Shown here: in pieces, positions 12,201 through 21,200 of the stretch | How the letters are laid out: every line of letters starts with the position of its first letter | Numbering within the stretch: position 1 is the first letter of the stretch | Origin: a virus | Virus record (IMG/VR): IMGVR_UViG_3300009068_000024 | Span: 64,001 to 128,000 of that record | DNA length: 64,000 nt | Direction: 5' to 3' (one strand) | Notes under the pieces: model-generated | Databases searched by the model: none | Told to the model about the DNA's origin: nothing | The model's input: only the letters and a program-made list of their open reading frames with translations | Position numbers and translations under genes: made by a program

Positions 12201-15200
12201 GTCTAACCCTAGCCAAAACCGTGAGGGCGATCAAAGAAATATTACTCAAGATACCGATCAAGTTTCAATTGCAGCTATAGCAGATGCTTTAGCAAATGGC
12301 GATATTAATAATGTAAATTCTAATGAAGACCCGTCTGACATATTTGCATCAAAAACCAATTTCGGAGTAAGCATGTTGCTCAAGCAGGTAACAGCTATGA
12401 GACTTCTCAACTATATGCCAGATGCCAAGTTTGACGATCTACTCAAAGCTTCTATAGAAGTAGATACACATCCGTTGTTTAGACAAGGTGGCGGTCTAGC
12501 TATCTATTACATGGACTTTAATTCTGGACAAGCATCATATTCACCACTTCCAGGCCAAAGAAATCCTGTGTGGATATACAATGCCCTCAATGCAGATATG
12601 TCAGATATAAAAGAAGGAACAGAACTTCTAGTTACCGATGCTAATGGTAGCGATAGTCTTTCAAATGTATCAATAATTACTGTAAATAAAGAGCTTTTAA
12701 ATTCCGTTCTTAAAACAATGGGAGATACCAATTCAAACAGTATCGTGAGATTTATAAACGATGAGCTCTTCCTTAGAGTGCACTCAAGTTCTAGTCAAGA
12801 AGATGTTGACGATATAAAGAAGATAATGATATCTCACTTGATTCACAGCTGGGCAATATCTTCTAATGATAGAAGCCTAAAGTCTCATGCTTTGCAAAGT
12901 TTAGCTAGAGAAATATTTGCTATGGACTCTAATTCAACAGCTGGCTGGAATTTTACTTCAAATCTTGCTGATTCTGATCTTGATATGTATAGGGACAGAG
13001 GGTATATACCTTATGAAGTAAAAGATTTAGTAGATTTCAATAATTATCTAAAGGGATTTATTGATCAAGAAATTAACGATCACAGGACCGTTTATGCTCA
13101 GTTCTTACATGCAATGTACAATGCTACCCAGGATCTACTAAAGGATCAGGGAATAGATGGTTTCGTTCTATACAGAGGAACTACTTCCAAAGAACTTACT
13201 GAAACCTCTCAAAGTCTAGGATCTACTGGAATATTTAGATCTAATGTTAAGCAGAGACCGATGTCTTCATGGTCAACTGATATCTATCAGGCTGGTAGCT
13301 TTGCATCTAGAGCTTCTGGCAAAGATACAATAGTTATGGCTACAGTAATTCCGGCTGACAAAATTATTTCATTTTCCGGATCTGGATTTGGATCTTACGA
13401 CGAGCGTGAGGTTGTTGTTTTAGGTGGAGAGATTAGAGAAGCTTTTGCTATTAGTCATGGATACCCTGGAGTTGTAGATCAAAGTCTTCAAAATCTCAAG
13501 ACTGAGGTTGTGGATCAACTTGCAAATAGTAGAAAGGTTCTAGATACTGACCGAGCAAGTGGCCAGCAGGTAGTTCAGGAACAAAGCAAGCCGTCTCAAA
13601 ACAGAGAAAACACTATAAACATTGATGACAATGATGGAAACTCAGACTGGATTAAGACAGTAGGCTGGGACCTACCTATCAACGTTGATAATTTCTTAAA
13701 GATGTTTAATGACAGGGAGCATCTTTCAAACTTTATGTCTAAGCCTACTGCTGAAGGTATGCCTGAAGAAATGCTACGCAACCTATGGCCGGCTGCTGAC
13801 AAGTATTTTGACAAGATAGAGTCTGCTCCTAAAGAAGAAGAGCCTAAATACCTACCAGAGCCTTTTGATCCAAGAAACCCTCAAATCGATCTAGATGAGT
13901 ATTACAACTACGACTACACCAGAATGCCTGATGGAACTCCGTTTAACTCTGAAGATCAGCAGCAGATGGATGCGGTAGAGAGAAAATTAAAAAATATTCT
14001 TAAAGGTAGCGATGGCTATGTCAATCCATCTGCTCTAAAAAATACAAAGAACTTTAGAAGAACTATTTACCAGCAGATAATTGCTAAACCTAATGAAAAC
14101 TCTTCTACTACAAGAGAGAGCATTCTTAAGCAAATAGAGTTTAGCGATAAACCTGCTGTTGAGTACTACGATGAAACTAGCGGAGTTAACTACATTAGAT
14201 ATGTAGACACATTCACAGATAAATATGGAAGAAAATACTATCTATCAACTAATATTGATAAGAGTTCTGGTCGTCAAACTGTAATTGCTTACGATGCACA
14301 AAACTATGAAAACATGGCTCTTCCGGAAGACTACGTAAGAAATGATCAGCCTGTATCTGGAATTAGTGACGTTGGTGTGCTTAGAAGTTCTGTCTATGAA
14401 GATCCATCTAAATCTGAAATTCAAAGTGCGTTAGTCAGCTATAACTACCAAAGAAGAGGTCTAGCAACAGCTATGGTGGCTGCTCTAGAGAAGAGAATAG
14501 GTATGCCAGTAGTTCACTCGGAGCACCTGTCTACCATGGGATTTGCTTTCTCTAACAGCATCGACCCTGGCAAGCCTGAGCTACACAATAACGAGAAATC
14601 TATAAAACTACAGGAAGACAATGCTCCTTCTCAGAATCGTGAAGGATTCTTCAAGAGAAACAAAGCCAAGAAGGAACCTTTTGACCCTACAGATCCTACC
14701 GTTGATCTAGAAAAGTATTACAACTATGACTACACTAAGCTACCTGATGGCACCCCATTTAGTGTCTATCAGCAGCAGCAGATGGATATTCTTAAAGATG
14801 CAATTGACAACGAAACCGATAACTTTGAAAGAAAACTACGTATCGATGAGAGAAGACGCATCTATCAGGGATATACTGCTAAGCCAAACTTAAAGTCCGG
14901 CACTAATCTTGAAAGTATTGAAAACCAGGTGGGACTTCTAGATGAAAATACTTCTAGAATGAGCTATAGCGGTGCCGGTAAGCCTTACGCAGATCTTTCA
15001 CCAGAATACAAGCAGAGCACTCAGTATATTGATGAGTTCACTGATAAATATGGTAGACAGTATTGGGTAGTTACCAAGGTAGTAAACGGCCTCGGTATGT
15101 CAAACGTAAAGATCTACGATAAGAGTAAAAACTCAGTGCAGGATCTTCAAGATAATTCAGAGGATAGAACTCCTGTATCTATGCTAGATGTCTTTAATAA

Positions 15201-18200
15201 CAAAATTAGTATGGTTTACACCTCAGATAGATACCTAAGAAGAGGATTAGCTACTGCGGCCCTTTACCTAGCAAGAAAGCGTTCTGGAAAAGAAGTTCAG
15301 CATTCAGAAATGCTAACTAATTTTGGTAGAGCATTCTCCCTTTCAGTTGACCCTAACCCTGATCTTCACAGAAACAGTGAGTCAAAAGATGCCCTATCTA
15401 ACAACCAGCCTTCTCAGAACCGTGAAAGAGAATACCTGCCAGAACCTTTTGACCCTAGTGATCGTAAAATTGATATGGATATTATCTATAACTACGATTA
15501 CACTAAGCTACCTGATGGCACTCCATTCAACGATAAGCAACAAAAAGCAATGGATCACGAGAATAAAATTCTTGAAGAAGCTATAGCTTCCGGAGATGAA
15601 TCAAAAATACGTGCAGCTAAAATTTCTAGAAGACATACATATAATACATTTATAACTGTAGCTAACCCAGACTCCAAAACAAACACTGAAACTATAGCTG
15701 ATCAGATTACTTTAGGTAAATCTAAACCTAAAAAGTTCACCGGGTTTGTCCGTTACACAGATAATTTTACAGATAAATACGGTAGAAAATATGTGATGTT
15801 TACTGACATAAGAACCGATGATAAGGGAGATAATTCTGCAATTGTAACAGTGCATGATATGAAGAGTATGTTCCTTGAGAAAATTTTTGTTCCTGAGGGT
15901 ATGGAAAATGTTGATCAATTTGGAGGAAAAAGTCTCCACTCAGCTGCGTTAAAAGTTGTCGATGATAATAGAAAAGATCCAGATGCTGCTGCTTATATTG
16001 GTATGGTACTTACTGATGATGCGTATAGACGCCGCGGTCTTGCAACAGCAATGCTGTACTTAGCTCGTAAGCACTACAGTAAACCTGTTAACCACTCAAG
16101 CACTCTTACCATGTACGGTAAAGCTTTCTCTAACTCTGTGGATGCTGGAAAACCAGACGTGCACGATTCTTTAGAATCTAAGCAGCTACAGATTGATCTT
16201 CTTAAGGAGAAGGGTCTTCCTGTAGAAGAGTCTGAACTTGATGGCGATGAAATTGATTACGGGCCTAGCCAAAATAGAGAAGGTACTTCAGAACCATCTA
16301 TTCTTAATGAATATCGTGAAGTAATTCCTTTAAATAATTCCTATAGAGATAAGAATGACCCTAATTTAGACATTACTGAATGGACTGGCGAAGGTGTCAA
16401 AATATATGGAATAGGTAATGGCGGTAATCCACTGGGCTATGTAAAAACTGAAAAGCTTGCTACAATGAAAGGCAATCTTGCAGATATGGAGAGCAGTACA
16501 TCTTCTATAGCTCGGGATCTTGAAGACGGTACTGGCTATTTAGAGCCAGTACTAGTTTGGTACAACCCTCTTACTGGAAAAGCTTTTATTGCAGAGGGAA
16601 ATCACAGGGTTGAAGCTGCACGTATAGCTGGAAGAGAATATGTGCCTGTTGTAGTTGGCGTTAGCACTGTAAAGTTTAAAAATCCAACTAAAATGGAGAG
16701 AGCCGGGGGGGTTGGAGATGCATTTTTAAATAAGGATGGAAGTTTAGATAACTTTGAAAATGTTAAAGATGGATCTCTTATAAATCCATACCACTTATTT
16801 AATGATGAAGATCTTTTATATCCTAAAACTAATTTAGATTCAAGCAATGTTTCTGGACTTACAGATGTACTCAAAATACAATCAGATCTTTTAGATGAAC
16901 TTATGGCTGAAAAGAAAGAACCCGGACCTAATGATATTGTTTATTGGCACGATCCTGACAGTTTTAATGCCAATAGCTCGATTGGGCATATGGGACATGC
17001 TTCAGAAAAATTAAAAAGTATTACTGCTAAAAACATAAGTGAAAACATGCTGTCTTCCGCTAAAGATATGCTAGATGCGGTTCACTACGCCATAACACTT
17101 AGTGAAGCTGTACGTAATAGAATTGGTTCGATAACCTCAGATACCTCGGAAATAGCTAAAAAAGCTATGCAAACTAGAGTAGATAGTTTAAATAGAGATT
17201 CTATTGTACTAATAATAGATGACTCTTATGATTCTCCATATGAAGGATTACGTTTAGAAACTTTAGGGGAGATATTGGATAATGTGGATCCTCACGAGGA
17301 GGGGGCTTACGGAGATAAATATGATGATCAAAGTATTGATTACAAAGCTCTTTTAAATGATTATTACGACGATTGGGATAGAAAAACATTATTTTTTGAT
17401 AATCCAAAAGATATGGAAGCACTAAAAGAAAAGGTAGCTTCAATTCTTGTTTCACAGTGGGCAGAAACATCTAACGGTAATGATATGGTTTCTCACGCTC
17501 TTCAAATGGCTGCAACTGAAGTATTTAAAATGCCTAATGGATCGTGGGCGGAGTGGAGATTCCCTAAAGGTCAGTATGGGGATCAAATTAAAGAAAATGC
17601 GGAATATCATTATGGAATATACGGAACAGTACTTAAAGATTTCTTAAAAACTATGTACGACCTTACTCAGGATCGGTTTAAAAACTATGGAATAAAGTAT
17701 TTAACCCTTTACAGAGGTACTGGAGTAGATGAAGAAGCTTTAAAAATGAACATTGATGTTGAACGTTATGGTGTAGGAGATATTGAAGTATTGCAAAGAC
17801 CTATGTCATCATGGTCTTGGCTTAATGGCAGTGCTTTCCAGTTTGCTACTAGTAGAATAAAACATAGAGCAGGAATGTTTATGGGAGCTATAATTCCCGT
17901 TGATCAGGTTCTTTCTATTCCTGGAACTGGTTTTGGTTGTTTTGAAGAAGCTGAAGTAGTTCTACTAGCAGGAAAAAATAGACTAGTAAGAGCTGTAATT
18001 AGTGATGATTCTCATAAAGTACTTGACCAAAAAACTTTTATTGCTGAAAATGTGGATAAAATACTTTCTTACTTATCAGATGAACTTCCTAAAGATAAAA
18101 ATGCTTTTTACAATTTAATAGAGTTCAACAGCAGTTCTTTTAATGATTCTAAGCCTTCTCAAAACCGTGAAAACAAGTCGGTTGACATTGACAGTAGCAC

Positions 18201-21200
18201 AGAAAACTCTGACTGGATTAAACCTTTTAGATGGGATCTAACTACTAACGTAAAGAGCTTCCTAAATAAATTTAAGACCAAAAAAGATGTCAAAGACTTT
18301 ATGGAACTTCCAGCAGCCGAGGCTATTCCAGAAGATCTAAAGAAAGAGCTAGATGCCAAGGAATCAAGTCTTCCAGAAGATTCTTCAGAATCTGGTGAAA
18401 AAGATACACCGATTTCTCTACAAGAATTGCACAGAACATTTATTACTTCTATATTAATGGGAGCGGGGGATCAGAGAACTAGGCCTATCCCTGGGATTGG
18501 ACCTGAATGGCTACCGGCTAGCGTTAATGAGGATAAGTTAACTAACCTTGAAAGACTTTCCATACATATGTGGTATATGGATGTTATGACTAATGGAGGA
18601 GCTTCTAATGCAACTCTCACCTCTAAAGCAGCTGATTATCTGACTAAATATGTTATCCCTCTTATTGATAGACATAAAGAAGAGTTTATGCTTCTCCCTA
18701 ACCATGACATTTATATCAACAAAGACAATAATGCCGCTATTAAAGTTCTTAGATTTATAACTAATCCAACTAAGAAAAATGGAAAAACTAACGTAAATAC
18801 TGACTATAGGGCAGCCTCTGCTGCTGGAGTAGCTAAATTTGCAAATAAACTTTCAAAAGTTTTAGCTAAAACAAGATTTAAATTCCCTGTCAAAGAACTT
18901 CAGGTAATAATTACTCACCCTAATATTGAAGATTTCTTTAAGAGAATAGATAATGGTGATGGAACTCATAGGCAAAGATTAGCTGGAATAGCTTTCCCTA
19001 ACCTCTTTATTCATGGTCAGATTTTAAACGAAGACGATAAAGCTCCTAGTCGTAAACTTACCGAAAACCCTAGACCGGATGCTACCGATTTAGAGGCCAC
19101 CATTGCTCACGAAATAGGTCATATTCTCCACCAAAAAGGTATCATCAATACAGCTGATCCAGCTACAAAAGACACTATTCGTAGATTTATGAATGAATAC
19201 CCTCTAACCGATTATGCAAATACAGACGAAGACGAGTATTTAGCTGAGGCATATGCTGGAATGATGTTGTCTGAAGATGGCATTGGCCGATACAAAGAAG
19301 TTGCTGATTGGATTAATAACCAGATCGACACTGTTGATGAAAGAAAAGAAAAAGCTGCTATAGATCTTCTTAAGACTATGCTAGATAAACTTGGTATTCC
19401 AGGTAGCAGCAAGCCTAGCCAAAATAGGGAAGGTTCTAGAGAACAGATTATTGCGTCTGCTGCAAAAGACATTGCTTCTAGCGGAATAGGTTTTGTGCCT
19501 GGAAAAGTTAAAAATGATATAAGCATAGCAACTGACGGTCCTGTAATAAATATCGAAGGATCTCCTAAAAAAGATGCAGTAGCTCCATCTGATCAGGCTA
19601 CCGCTATTAAAAATGAAATAATCGATCTAGGACATATGATTCTAGATGATGCTAGAGCTATTTCAGATGAGCAAGCTAGATCTGAAGGTCTTATCCCTGA
19701 AGGATTTACTGCTGAAGAATATAGAAAAAAACTAAAGAATGATGCTAGAACTGCAGAACTAAATATACTTATAGCAGAAAGTAAGTTTAAGGCTATGTCT
19801 CAGGATCTTATGAGAAATGCTTTTAATAGACTTTCTTACGAAGATAAAGAAGAGGTTTTCCAAAGCTTCAAAAAAGAAAATTCTAAAAATAGCATATTGT
19901 CAGGTAAAGATAAAAATACTTTTGATGCAGAAGAAACTTTTAATATGCTTCTAGTCGAGTATGGTGATGATCTTTCTCATAAGCTTGCTTACGATTACAG
20001 TACTCGATATCCAGAGTTTACTTTTGATACCGGTAAAACTGTACTACAAAGAACTAGAAACAGGAGCGGAAAACTAACTAAAGAAGTAGAAGAAAGAAAG
20101 ACTTTAGTAGACGTTACTTGGGCACATGAGGGACCTGACACTATTCTAAGTATGCTTACCAAGTGGGCAATTCAAACAGGCAAAATTGACATGTCAGATT
20201 TTGCTCAAAAAGCAGCTGAGATAAAAGAGCTAAGAGATCAGCTCAGAACTTCTCCAAAAGCAGAAGATTTTGTAGAAAAGTATCACTCTATAATTGGTAA
20301 AAATATTAAATCTCAGATGGAAAAAGCGGGAGTTGAATTTGACTCGGTGCCTGCACATGAGTTTTTTAATCAGTATAAGGACTACAAATATGTTAATAGT
20401 AATGAAAAATTCCAGGATATTAGAATAGATAGAAATAAGAACCTTATTAAAAATCTAGAAGAAACTCTTAGTTTTATTCCTAAAGATATTATTCTAGCTG
20501 GAATGGAATATCTAGCTAATACTGGTGGAAAACTTGGGGTTCAAATTTCCGACGCACGTGCGCAATTTAAACAGCACTGGAAAAATAAAAATTTAATAAA
20601 TTCATTGAGATGGAAAAAAGAGCAGGGAGATGGAGGATTCTTCCGTGGGAGATCAACTGACGACTACCTACACGAAGTTTGGCATTTCTTCCAGATGATC
20701 AACCATGATATTGCAGCTTTAGAGCACGCTTTCTCTTATGACAGAATTAAAGCATCTGACAACACTAATATCATTCCGTCAATGGAACTTTATGGAAATT
20801 GGGTAGAAGAATCCTTCTCCGGGGCAAAGGTGGCAGATCCTTATACTGTGAAGGTATATCCTCGTTCAACCAGTAAGTTTACTACCTTCAGTCCGAACAA
20901 CCACAGTGCCGAAGTTATAACTACTACAATGCAGGATCTATTTACTTCTCCTGGTAGCTTCTCTACTCCTAAGGGAGTTACGGTTAAAACTGGAAAAGGC
21001 AAAAATACTACGTTGTTTAGCGATGCTCATATGGATATAGCTACTGGCATTTGGTATACTGATGCCACCATGACAACTAAAATTGACCCTAAGCTGATCA
21101 CTGGAATTGAAGGACTAGATCCTTCGAATGACACTGACTGGGATCTAAAAGCTTTTGGAATCGGTCTACTGATGTCGCTATTGAACTGGGAGAATAAGTA

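Larger units (their letters stand above)
859..19431 (+). repeat. Dispersed peptide repeat PSQNRE (10 exact copies plus PSQSRE and PSQFRI) at domain boundaries of the two polyvalent proteins
   Basis: Exact copies start at 859, 1564, 7147, 12208, 13591, 14626, 15409, 16264, 18154 and 19414. Variants start at 4015 and 5101. Confidence 0.95.

Noticed and set aside
14212-15790. FTDKYGR in the GNAT units as further copies of the QxRDxxGR leader motif
   Set aside because: They lack the Q-x-R and YTxxER context and lie inside the triplicated domain; probably a coincidental beta-turn.
859-19431. PSQNRE repeats as DNA-level recombination sites, integron-like att sites or a CRISPR-like array
   Set aside because: The copies differ at synonymous positions (including TCN versus AGC Ser), are irregularly spaced 0.7-5 kb apart, are not palindromic and are always in frame.
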